Shown here piece after piece: positions 21,014 through 30,196 of a stretch of DNA of 64,000 nucleotides; position 1 is the stretch's first letter, and every line of letters starts with the position of its first letter. The stretch spans positions 315,006-379,005 of the forward strand of contig JBFWMA010000003.1 in the NCBI GenBank assembly GCA_050251875.1, given 5' to 3'. The notes beneath the pieces are model-generated. The model searched no databases, was not told the origin of the DNA, and saw only the letters and a list, made by a program, of their open reading frames with translations. The DNA comes from Deferribacterales bacterium (lineage in GTDB: Bacteria > Chrysiogenota > Deferribacteres > Deferribacterales > Geovibrionaceae). A program made the translations under genes and the position numbers.

Positions 21014-22153
21014 TTATGACGCGAGGAGCTTGTCGCGGAACTCGTTTCTGATGGAAACGAACCATGCCGGCTCTATGGGGTACCACCACAGGTTAGCTAT
21101 GGCGTTGCCGGGGTAAGCGGCGGCGAAGTTCAGCTTTGAGTCTTCGTTCAGGAAGTTTTCAGCGCCTTTAGCGCATGAGTTGTATCCTGAGTTGTTGGCG
21201 TGCATAGCGCCGTTTTTGGGCTTGTAGTACCAGTTGATGAAGGCGTAAGCCTGCTCAACGTTCTCTGCTCCTGTGGGGATGCCCATTGTGTCCATCCATG
21301 TGAGCGCCCCCTCTTTGGGCGCCATATATGTGATCTTTGATTTTGTCTCTGTGCGCAGACGCATAGCGGGTCCGTCCCATGTCTGACCTATGACGCATCC
21401 GTTCTGCATGAAGGCGTTGGTGGTTTCCTGAGCGTTGCTCCAGAAGGCTCTGATGTTCTTTTTCATCTTGATGGCGTGGTCTGTCACCTGAGTATATATT
21501 TTGCGCATTTTCTCTTCGGAAACATATGTGTCTCTCATCTGGTTGGATGATATCTTTCCGGCGGCGTCCATCCACAGACCCAGACCGATGAGACCGGAGT
21601 GGGCTCTGATAGTCATCTTTCCGGCGTTTTCAGGCGACCAGATATCTCCGTATGACAGTTTTCCGTACTGATATCCGTGAGCGGATGTGTCGAAGCATAC
21701 GCCCTCTGTTCCCCAGTTGAAAGGAACGGTGTAGCGTTTGCGGCGCATAACGGCTCCCAGTCTCTCAGAGTCTTTCCACATGGAGGAGATACATCCGTCA
21801 GCGTTGATCTTTTTTTCGTTAAGAGGCTGAAGCAGGCTGTATTTAGCCCACTGAACACCGTATGTCACAGACGGCATTACTATGTCGAAACCTTTTCCTT
21901 TAGACGCTCTGAGTTTGTTCAGAACCTCGTCATTGGAACCGTATACGGAGAGGTTTACCTTGATGCCTGTCTCTTTTGTGAAGGCGTCCAGCATGTCCTG
22001 ATAGATGTAGTCCGACCATGAATAGAGGTTCAGCTCGCCTGATGAGGCAAAGGCGTTGCGGACAAAAGCGGGGGAGCTGATGATAGCCGCTCCGGCGGCG
22101 GCGCCTTTCAGAAATGAACGGCGTGATATGGATGATCTGGTTTTTTCGCTCAT
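21014..22153 (-). CDS. Tat-signal polyamine-type substrate-binding protein (PotD/PotF-like)
   Basis: Tat motif SRRSFLK; LNLYSWSDYI; WDG; PKEG. Start set at 22153, after AGGAG. Confidence 0.88.
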   Translation of the reverse strand: MSEKTRSSISRRSFLKGAAAGAAIISSPAFVRNAFASSGELNLYSWSDYIYQDMLDAFTKETGIKVNLSVYGSNDEVLNKLRASKGKGFDIVMPSVTYGVQWAKYSLLQPLNEKKINADGCISSMWKDSERLGAVMRRKRYTVPFNWGTEGVCFDTSAHGYQYGKLSYGDIWSPENAGKMTIRAHSGLIGLGLWMDAAGKISSNQMRDTYVSEEKMRKIYTQVTDHAIKMKKNIRAFWSNAQETTNAFMQNGCVIGQTWDGPAMRLRTETKSKITYMAPKEGALTWMDTMGIPTGAENVEQAYAFINWYYKPKNGAMHANNSGYNSCAKGAENFLNEDSKLNFAAAYPGNAIANLWWYPIEPAWFVSIRNEFRDKLLAS

Positions 22154-22388
22154 GAGATTAGTCTCCTGATAATAATAATTATAGGAGAGGATACTCTCTC
22201 TGGTTAATAAGAATGTCATGCTTTTATGAGGGTTCTGTAAAATTAAAAATCAGTTAGTAATCATGAGTTTACAAATTCAGTTAGTCTGACAATTTTTTCA
22301 AATAAATTTTAACTTTTCGTAACTTTCCCATGACAGGTATCTGGCAGATTCCGGCTATGCTTACTGCTCACTGATTATGGAGGTAATT

Positions 22389-23399
22389 ATGAAAAAGCTT
22401 CTGCTTATGCTTATGGCGCTTCTGACATTCGCCATGTCCGCTATGGCCGGCGAAATCACTGTCTACACAGCTCTGGAGGACGATCAGTATCCCGTCTATC
22501 TCGAGTCTTTCAAACAGCAGCACCCCGAAATTAAACTTAACATCGTAAGAGATTCTACAGGTATCATCACAGCCAGACTGCTGGCTGAGAAAGCCAATCC
22601 TCAGGCTGACGTGGTTTGGGGTCTGGCGGCTACCAGTCTTCTGGTTCTGGACAACCAAAAACTGCTCGCTCCCTATGCTCCTAAAGGCGTGGAGAGAGTT
22701 ATGCCCCAGTTCAAAGACAAGGCTAAAACACCCGCATGGGTCGGCATAGACGCATGGATGACATCATTCACCGTGAACACAGCCGAGATGCAGAAACGCG
22801 GTCTTCCCGTTCCCACAGGATACGCTGATCTTATCAAACCCGAATATAAAGGTCTGATTACTATGCCCAACCCCGCCTCTTCAGGCACAGGATTTCTGAC
22901 AGTCAGCGCATGGCTTCAGCTTTTCAAAGGCAAAAAAGGCTGGGACTACATGGAAAAACTGCACCAGAACATCGCTCTCTACACTCACTCCGGTTCAAAA
23001 CCTTCTAAAATGGCAGCCACAGGCGAATATCCCATCGGTATCTCCTTCGGCTACAGAGGTCTGACAGAGATGAAAAAAGGCGCTCCCGTCACAGTGGTAT
23101 TCCCCAAAGAGGGTTCCGGATGGGATCTGGAAGCCAACGCCCTGATAAAGAAGAAAAACATCAGCGCTGACGCAAAAGCCTTCCTCGACTGGGCTATTTC
23201 AGACACTGTAATGACAGAGTACAACAAAAACTTCGCCATCGTAACAGTGAAGAACAACAATCCCGTTCCCGCAGGATATGTAGCCAATCCGCTTAAACAG
23301 ATTATCAAAAACGACTTCTCATGGGCCGCCACAAACAGGGACTCCATTCTGAAAGAGTGGTCTGCCAGATTTGACGCAAAAAGCGAACCCAAGAAATAA
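22389..23399 (+). CDS. putative 2-aminoethylphosphonate ABC substrate-binding protein
   Basis: [33 protein letters not shown] and YTHSGSKP; in an operon with phnX and phnW. Confidence 0.88.
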   Translation: MKKLLLMLMALLTFAMSAMAGEITVYTALEDDQYPVYLESFKQQHPEIKLNIVRDSTGIITARLLAEKANPQADVVWGLAATSLLVLDNQKLLAPYAPKGVERVMPQFKDKAKTPAWVGIDAWMTSFTVNTAEMQKRGLPVPTGYADLIKPEYKGLITMPNPASSGTGFLTVSAWLQLFKGKKGWDYMEKLHQNIALYTHSGSKPSKMAATGEYPIGISFGYRGLTEMKKGAPVTVVFPKEGSGWDLEANALIKKKNISADAKAFLDWAISDTVMTEYNKNFAIVTVKNNNPVPAGYVANPLKQIIKNDFSWAATNRDSILKEWSARFDAKSEPKK

Positions 23400-23456
23400 C
23401 ATTTCACAGGCGGGGGGTGATGAGCCCTCCGCACTCCTAAAAGGACAAAACCTATA

Positions 23457-24440
23457 ATGGAAAATGAATATCTGAGAGCTGACGGAATAACAAAATCGTT
23501 CAGCTCACGAACTGTTCTGAGCAATGTCTCCTTCACCGCCAAAAGGGGCGAGTTCATCAGCCTTCTGGGACCATCCGGATGCGGAAAGACCACACTGCTA
23601 CGCATAATATCCGGGCTGGAAACATCCGACAGCGGAAAAATCTTTTTTAACGGAAACGATTATACGTCCGTACCCGCCTCCAAGCGCAACTTCGGCATAG
23701 TTTTTCAGTCATATGCACTGTTTCCCAACATGACGGTGACAGAGAACATCACATACGGGCTCAAGAGCAGAGAGAAGAACAGAACAGCAAAACAGAAGAT
23801 CGCTGACGAGATGCTGAACATCACCGGGCTCTATGCCGAGAAGGAAAAATATCCCTTCCAGCTCTCAGGCGGTCAACAGCAGAGGGTGGCGCTGGCGAGG
23901 GCACTGGCTCTGAAACCCAGCATACTTCTTCTGGATGAGCCATTGTCGGCTCTGGATGCTAAGGTGCGGGAGAAACTGCGCCGTGAGATCAGAAGTATCC
24001 ACGATAAAATGAACATAACCACCGTGATGGTGACCCACGATCAGGAGGAGGCGATTACAGTCTCCGACAGGATAGCCGTGATGAACGGCGGAATCATAGA
24101 GCAGATGGGGACTCCGGACGAGCTATATTTCAGACCGAAGACAAAATTCATAGCCGGATTCATCGGTATGATGAATTTCATGGAGATAAACGGAGAGAAG
24201 AAGGGCATCCGCCCGGAACAGATAAAGATATCGCCGTCCTTCTCGGCTGTGGGCGAAAACGCCGTGATTACAGACATGGAGTTCAGAGGCGCCTTTATCC
24301 GGCTGTTTCTGAATCTGGAAAACAGAAAGACGGAAACCGCTCTGGTGGTGGATGTCAGCTCTTTCGACACGGACATGTCCAGACTGAAACTGAACAGCCT
24401 GGTGAAGGTGCAGATACCTGAATCTGCCATTAATTTCTAA
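23457..24440 (+). CDS. aminoethylphosphonate ABC ATPase
   Basis: GPSGCGKT and LSGGQQQRVALARAL; operon context. Confidence 0.88.
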   Translation: MENEYLRADGITKSFSSRTVLSNVSFTAKRGEFISLLGPSGCGKTTLLRIISGLETSDSGKIFFNGNDYTSVPASKRNFGIVFQSYALFPNMTVTENITYGLKSREKNRTAKQKIADEMLNITGLYAEKEKYPFQLSGGQQQRVALARALALKPSILLLDEPLSALDAKVREKLRREIRSIHDKMNITTVMVTHDQEEAITVSDRIAVMNGGIIEQMGTPDELYFRPKTKFIAGFIGMMNFMEINGEKKGIRPEQIKISPSFSAVGENAVITDMEFRGAFIRLFLNLENRKTETALVVDVSSFDTDMSRLKLNSLVKVQIPESAINF

Positions 24441-24446
24441 GGGGAC

Positions 24447-26171
24447 GTGATGAAAGGAACAAAATCGTCATATCTCTTTATAGGACTGATATTCTTATAC
24501 TTTATAATGTTCTTTTTTCTGCCCCTGTCGCAGATAATGAAGATGGCTCTGTATGACAACTCCGGGGCTTACATAGGGCTGAAGAACTTTGCCGAGTATT
24601 TTTCATCGCCGAACATGCTGTCGTCTTTTAAAAACTCGTTTACAGTGTCGGGCATAGTTACCCTGCTTACTTTTCTGCTGGCGTTCTTTTACGCCTACAG
24701 CCTTTCGAGGATCAGGTTCAGAGGAAAATACGTTTTCAAATACATTTCCATGCTGTCGCTCTTCACTCCCACCATGCTCCACGGTATAGCTCTGGTCTAT
24801 CTCTTCGGCAGACAGGGTATCGTTTCGAATATGCTGGTTAGCTGGCTTAATACTAAGATGGGTACGGCACATGTCTTTCCGTTTGATATATACGGAGCGG
24901 TGGGAATAATCATCTCAGAGGTGATATACACCTTTCCCCACGCCTATCTGATATTGTCCGTTTCATTCGCCATGAGCGACTACAGGCTGTATGAGGCGGC
25001 GGAGACGCTGGGCGCCGGCAGGTTCAGACGGTTTTTCACCGTGACTCTGCCATCTGTGAAATACGGAGTGGTGAGCGCTCTTACCACTATATTTATCCTG
25101 AGCTTCACCGATATGGGAGCGCCTAAGATTGTGGGCGGTCAGTATAACGTGATGGCGGTGGATATATATAAACAGGTGATAGGACAGCAGAATTTTTCCA
25201 TGGGCGCCACTGTCGCCGTTCTGCTTCTGGTGCCGGCTTTCATCGCTTTTTTTGTGGACAGGGCGATTCAGAAGAAACAGGACGCCACGTTCTCGTCAAA
25301 ATCCGTGCCCTATGTTGCAGATAAAAATCTCTTCGCCGAGGTCACGGCGTTTACATACTGCCTGCTGGTGGCGCTTATGATTCTGGCTGTCATCGGTACG
25401 TCCGTGGTTGTGTCTTTTCTGAAGTTTTTTCCTTATGACATGACGTTCTCTCTGAAACACTACATGTTTAAATATGTCGCCGGGGATATCTCGTCATATT
25501 TCAACAGTCTGAAAATGTCCTTCGGCACAGCCGTGCTCGGCACAGCCGCCTCTTTCGCCGCCGCCTATGCTGCGGAGAAAATCAGGGCGTCTGAGATATT
25601 AAAGAAAACACCCTATATGCTTTCCATAATGACCCTCGCCGTGCCGGGGCTGGTTATCGGGCTGGCGTATATTATATTTTTCAACTCCCCCACCATCAGT
25701 CTGCCGTTCATAGAGGTGAAGAACCCTCTGATGTTCATATACGGCACAATGCTGATACTGATTCTGGCGAACATCATTCACTTCATCGCCGTTCCGGTGA
25801 TGACTATCACCTCGACTTTGAAAAAACAGGACAAGGAATACGACAGCGTGTCAGCCTCCATGGGCGTGCATCCGGTGAAAACTCTTTTCCGTGTGACACT
25901 GCCCCTGTCTATCAACGCCGTGCTGGATACGTTTTTTTACTTCTTCGTCAACTCCATGGTTACCATATCCGCCGTGATATTTCTCTATGGGCAGGAGACG
26001 AAGGTAGCCACCGTGGCGATAGTCAGCATGGACGATGCCGGAGACACGGCAGCCGCCGCCGCTATGGCGAGCCTGATACTCTTCACCAATATGGCTGTGA
26101 AGATAATTTATGACATCGTATCGCATTATATAAAGAAAAAAACTGCCGCATGGCAGACTATTCAGAGGTAA
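24447..26171 (+). CDS. aminoethylphosphonate ABC permease (two fused TM domains)
   Basis: LYEAAETLGA plus a second EAA-like loop; highly hydrophobic; operon context. Confidence 0.85.
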   Translation: MMKGTKSSYLFIGLIFLYFIMFFFLPLSQIMKMALYDNSGAYIGLKNFAEYFSSPNMLSSFKNSFTVSGIVTLLTFLLAFFYAYSLSRIRFRGKYVFKYISMLSLFTPTMLHGIALVYLFGRQGIVSNMLVSWLNTKMGTAHVFPFDIYGAVGIIISEVIYTFPHAYLILSVSFAMSDYRLYEAAETLGAGRFRRFFTVTLPSVKYGVVSALTTIFILSFTDMGAPKIVGGQYNVMAVDIYKQVIGQQNFSMGATVAVLLLVPAFIAFFVDRAIQKKQDATFSSKSVPYVADKNLFAEVTAFTYCLLVALMILAVIGTSVVVSFLKFFPYDMTFSLKHYMFKYVAGDISSYFNSLKMSFGTAVLGTAASFAAAYAAEKIRASEILKKTPYMLSIMTLAVPGLVIGLAYIIFFNSPTISLPFIEVKNPLMFIYGTMLILILANIIHFIAVPVMTITSTLKKQDKEYDSVSASMGVHPVKTLFRVTLPLSINAVLDTFFYFFVNSMVTISAVIFLYGQETKVATVAIVSMDDAGDTAAAAAMASLILFTNMAVKIIYDIVSHYIKKKTAAWQTIQR

Positions 26172-26174
26172 CAC

Positions 26175-28313
26175 ATGAACATGAAAGCTGTGATATTCGA
26201 CTGGGCGGGAACAACTGTGGACTATGGGTGCTTCGCTCCCGTTGCCGCCATCATAGACACGCTGGCGATAGAGGGCATCAGCATATCAGCAGATGCTGTC
26301 AGACAGCACATGGGCATGAAGAAGCGTGACCACATCGGCGAAATATTCAAGATGGAAGATATCAGAGAGCAGTACAGACAGAAAAACGGCGAAGACGCCT
26401 CCGAGGCGGATATAGACGCTATATATGAAAAGGTGGACAGGAGGCTGACAGACAGCCTGACAGATTTCAGCACGCCCATAGAAGGCATCATAGACGTGGT
26501 GGCAGGTATCAGGGAAATGGGGCTGAAGATAGGCTCCACCACCGGATATACCAAAGACATGATGAAGGTGGTGCGCAAATGCGCCGCCGAGCAGGGATAT
26601 GACCCCGACTGGCTGGTGGCGTCAGACGAGATGCCCGCCGGACGTCCCGCCCCCTGGATGTGCTATGAAAACATGAAACAGCTCGGCACATTCCCGGCTC
26701 ACTGCTGTGTGAAGATAGGAGACACCATCAGCGATATAAAAGAAGGGCTGAACGCCGGAATGTGGTCGGTGGGAATAGTGATGGGCGGAAGCGAGATGGG
26801 TTTCAGCGAGGCAGAAGCGGGGTCGCTGGACAGCTACACCGTGATGAAAAAGGCGCACGAAACAGCCGAAAGACTCTATGAGGCAGGCGCACACTATGTG
26901 GCTGTGTTCAATACGGAGATAATAGATATTCTGAAAAAGATAGATAGTAAGGTGGCTAATGGTACGATGCCGTCAGCCGGAGAAAGAAGCGCCGTAACAG
27001 AAGGCGAATCAAACGGAAGCGTTCTGAGATCGTTCAGAAACAGGACGCTGACAGGCAGATCAAAGGAGCTGGTGAAACGGGACGCCGATGTGTTTATCAT
27101 ACAGGCTCTGTCGTCTCCCTGTCTGGATTCCGCCGAAGCCTGCCATGGAGCGGGCTTCACACTGACAGACGGCACAGAGGTTATGGATTTTCACGGGAAC
27201 GGAGTGCATCAGGGCGGTTTCGGCAACGACGCCGTCAGAGAGGCGGTTACCAGGCAGATGGACACCCTGTCTTTCTGTCCCAGAAGATATACCAACGAAA
27301 AAGCGGTTCTGCTGGCGGAAAAACTGATAAGCGTTACGGACGGCGCCATGAGCAGAGTGCTCTATGCCCCTGCCGCCACACTCGCCATGAGCAGCGCTAT
27401 CAAGCTGGCTATGAAGATAACCGGAAAGAAAAAATTCATGTCCACATACGGCTCTTTCCACGGGGCGAGCCTGTGCGCTTTGTCCGCCGCCGGAGACGCC
27501 GGATTTCTGAAGGGCATCAGTGGTTTTGACATCGGCGAAAATTTTCTTCCATACAACACATATACCTGTATGTTCAGAGACTGCTCCGACTGCGGGTACA
27601 AATGTCTCGATTTGCTGGATAAACGGCTGAAAGAGAACCCGAACGTTGCCGGAGTGATTCTGGAGGCGGTGAGATGCACCACAGTGCATGTGCCGGATGA
27701 CGGGTATTTCAGAAAGCTGGACGGGATATGCAGAAAACACGGCGTGCTGAAGATATTTGACGAGACGGCGACCGGGCTGGGTAAATCGGGCAGGTGGTTC
27801 GCTTATCAGAATTTTGATGTTGAGCCGGATATGCTTGTCGCCGGAAAAGGGCTGGGCGGGGGAGTAATGCCTCTGGCGTGCCTGATGATAAGAGACGGGC
27901 TCGACAGCGCCTTTGACATATCCATCGGTCACTACACCCACGAGAAAAGCCCCGTTGCGTGTGTGGCAGGGCTGGCGGCTATAGAATACATTGAGAAGGA
28001 AAATCTGCTGGAAAAAGCGGTGACGGACGGCGGATATTTCGCCTCGCTGCTCGGCGGGTTAAAAGGCGCTCACGGCATCATCGGCGATGTCAGGCATTTG
28101 GGGCTGATGGCGGCTGTGGAGCTGGACAGAGAGCTTGCCGACAGAAATTTTATGGCGGAATACGCCATGTACAGATGTCTGGATATGGGCATGAGTTTTA
28201 AGGTATCAGCTGGAAGCGTGCTGACTCTCTCCCCTGCGCTGACTATCACCCGTGACGAGATGGACAGGGCGGCTGAAATCCTGAACACATCGCTGAAAGA
28301 AATAAGAATATAG
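26175..28313 (+). CDS. phnX: fusion of phosphonoacetaldehyde hydrolase PhnX with a class-III PLP enzyme (PbfA-like)
   Basis: The N-half has the HAD motif FDWAGTTVDYG, the Schiff-base Lys region MGMKKRDHI, GRPAPWM and KIGDT. The C-half has DFHGNGVHQ, SFHGAS, IFDE, the PLP Lys in GKGLGGG, and HYTHEKSP. One uninterrupted frame. Confidence 0.88.
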   Translation: MNMKAVIFDWAGTTVDYGCFAPVAAIIDTLAIEGISISADAVRQHMGMKKRDHIGEIFKMEDIREQYRQKNGEDASEADIDAIYEKVDRRLTDSLTDFSTPIEGIIDVVAGIREMGLKIGSTTGYTKDMMKVVRKCAAEQGYDPDWLVASDEMPAGRPAPWMCYENMKQLGTFPAHCCVKIGDTISDIKEGLNAGMWSVGIVMGGSEMGFSEAEAGSLDSYTVMKKAHETAERLYEAGAHYVAVFNTEIIDILKKIDSKVANGTMPSAGERSAVTEGESNGSVLRSFRNRTLTGRSKELVKRDADVFIIQALSSPCLDSAEACHGAGFTLTDGTEVMDFHGNGVHQGGFGNDAVREAVTRQMDTLSFCPRRYTNEKAVLLAEKLISVTDGAMSRVLYAPAATLAMSSAIKLAMKITGKKKFMSTYGSFHGASLCALSAAGDAGFLKGISGFDIGENFLPYNTYTCMFRDCSDCGYKCLDLLDKRLKENPNVAGVILEAVRCTTVHVPDDGYFRKLDGICRKHGVLKIFDETATGLGKSGRWFAYQNFDVEPDMLVAGKGLGGGVMPLACLMIRDGLDSAFDISIGHYTHEKSPVACVAGLAAIEYIEKENLLEKAVTDGGYFASLLGGLKGAHGIIGDVRHLGLMAAVELDRELADRNFMAEYAMYRCLDMGMSFKVSAGSVLTLSPALTITRDEMDRAAEILNTSLKEIRI

Positions 28314-28323
28314 GTGAAATAAA

Positions 28324-29415
28324 ATGCATAAATTCGATAACAATTATCTCCTTCTGACCCCCGGACCTCTGACAACCACAAAAACAGTGAAAGAGGCTAT
28401 GGCGTTTGACGTTCCCACCAGAGACAAGGGATATTCCGAGATGGTGCAGGAGATCAGAGCGGAGCTCGCCACTCTAGCCTCCGCATCAGATGAATATACC
28501 GCGGTGCTGGTGCAGGGCTCCGGCACATTTGCCGTGGAGGCGATGATTACGGGCGCTGTAGGCAGAGATCAGAAACTGCTGATTGCGGTGAACGGAGCCT
28601 ATGGCGAGCGTATGGCGGATATAGCGAAGATGGCGGGGATTCCCCACGAGACAGTGACGTTTGACGAGGACGAGGCTGTGGAGCCCGAGGCTGTGAGAGC
28701 GAAGCTCAGCGAAGGCGGTTTTACGCATTTTGCCGTGATACATCTGGAGACCACCACAGGTATACTGAACCCCGTGGAAGAGCTGGGTAAAATATGCGCC
28801 GGGCTGGGCGTTGTTTTTCTGGCGGACTGCATGAGCAGTTTCGGGTCTATACCGTTTGATATGAAAGAGAGCGGTATTCATTTTCTGGCGGCGTCATCTA
28901 ACAAATGTCTTCAGGGCGTGCCGGGCATCGGATTTGTGATTTTCAGAAAAGATATGGCGGAATCATGCCGGGGCAAGGGACAGTCTCTGTCGCTGAATCT
29001 GTATGAGCAGTATAGGTTTATGGAGGATTCCGGAGGCGGTTTCCGCTTTACGTCACCCACGCATGTGATACTCGGGTTCGCTCAGGCTCTGCGTGAGCTG
29101 AGGGACGAGGGCGGCGTGGCGAGCAGAAACAGAAGATATGCCGACAGCCAGAAAACCCTTTCTGACGGTATGCAGGAGCTGGGGTTCGAGCTTTTTCTGG
29201 AGAAAGGCGTGCAGTCGCCCGTTATCACCACTTTTATCAAGCCGGACGGACTGGATTTTGAGAAGATGTACAGCTTTCTGAGAGATAACGGTTTTTACAT
29301 ATATCCGGGCAAGCTGACAAAGAAGCAGACCTTCCGCATAGGCACCATAGGCAATGTCTTTCCGCAGGATATCAGACGCCTGCTGCTGCTCATCAGCGAC
29401 TATCTGGAGAGCTGA
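28324..29415 (+). CDS. phnW: 2-aminoethylphosphonate-pyruvate transaminase
   Basis: LLLTPGPLTT, QGSGTFAVE, HLETTTGILNP, DCMSSFG, SSNKCLQGVPG and FRFTSPTH. Confidence 0.93.
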   Translation: MHKFDNNYLLLTPGPLTTTKTVKEAMAFDVPTRDKGYSEMVQEIRAELATLASASDEYTAVLVQGSGTFAVEAMITGAVGRDQKLLIAVNGAYGERMADIAKMAGIPHETVTFDEDEAVEPEAVRAKLSEGGFTHFAVIHLETTTGILNPVEELGKICAGLGVVFLADCMSSFGSIPFDMKESGIHFLAASSNKCLQGVPGIGFVIFRKDMAESCRGKGQSLSLNLYEQYRFMEDSGGGFRFTSPTHVILGFAQALRELRDEGGVASRNRRYADSQKTLSDGMQELGFELFLEKGVQSPVITTFIKPDGLDFEKMYSFLRDNGFYIYPGKLTKKQTFRIGTIGNVFPQDIRRLLLLISDYLES

Positions 29416-29462
29416 GAAAACCGCAGGTGCGTTTTTTCGCTGATTATGCTATAAGCGATGTC

Positions 29463-30098
29463 ATGAAGAATATTGTAATATTACTGCTTATAGCATTTGC
29501 CGTTTCTGCCTGTTATCACAGAGACCCTCTGGCTGACCCGAACGTGCTGGGTCTGACGGGTGACTACAGCTTCAGAGAGCTGACCCGCTCAGAGAAGGAA
29601 GACGTGATAAAACAGATTAAATCCGCCGAAGGCGTGAAATATGTCTGGGGCGGTCAGTCTTTTACCGATGGTGTGGACTGTTCGGGGCTTCTGGTGTGGT
29701 CTTATGCCATGCTGGGATATTCAGGATTCCGCAAGGACGACACAGTTGTCTATGACCTGACGTCAAACGATATGTCCATGTATGATGTGGATCACGCCGT
29801 GCCCGTTACGGATAACGCTCAGCTTCTGGATTATGAGATGGGTGATTTTCTGTTTTTCGATGTGAACGCAGACGGCAGGGTGGATCATGTGGCGGTTTTT
29901 ATGCATTATGATCCGGAAAAGGACGCCGTATGGGTCTGGGACGCCTCCACAAACACGGGAAGGGTGGCATACAGAGAGTTTTACGGCTTTCTCAAGAAAA
30001 ACCCGAAGATAGGCAGACCAGTGAAGCCTGTTCGGAATGAGATTCCCGCAGACTGTACCGCCTGCGCCGAAATCAGCGGAGCCGGCATAAGTCAGTAG
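29463..30098 (+). CDS. NlpC/P60 family lipoprotein
   Basis: Lipobox VSAC; YVWGG, catalytic Cys in DCSG and His in DHVAV. Confidence 0.82.
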   Translation: MKNIVILLLIAFAVSACYHRDPLADPNVLGLTGDYSFRELTRSEKEDVIKQIKSAEGVKYVWGGQSFTDGVDCSGLLVWSYAMLGYSGFRKDDTVVYDLTSNDMSMYDVDHAVPVTDNAQLLDYEMGDFLFFDVNADGRVDHVAVFMHYDPEKDAVWVWDASTNTGRVAYREFYGFLKKNPKIGRPVKPVRNEIPADCTACAEISGAGISQ

Positions 30099-30196
30099 TT
30101 CATCATAACCCTTATATAAACTAATGTTGAATATTCTCGCTTATTACATGTATAATTTGTTGACGAATAAATTATTGTATTTACGGGGTACTCATT

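Noticed and set aside
22300..22340. Pho-box-like TAAC/TGAC repeats upstream of the phosphonate operon
   Set aside because: Spacing is irregular (10 then 11 bp) and the match is weak in AT-rich DNA; it cannot be supported without a lineage-specific motif.
29463..30098. NlpC/P60 gene as part of the lipid-transfer pair or as a toxin-immunity module
   Set aside because: It is separated from the pair by an AT-rich promoter-like gap and has no immunity-like partner; the linkage may be incidental.
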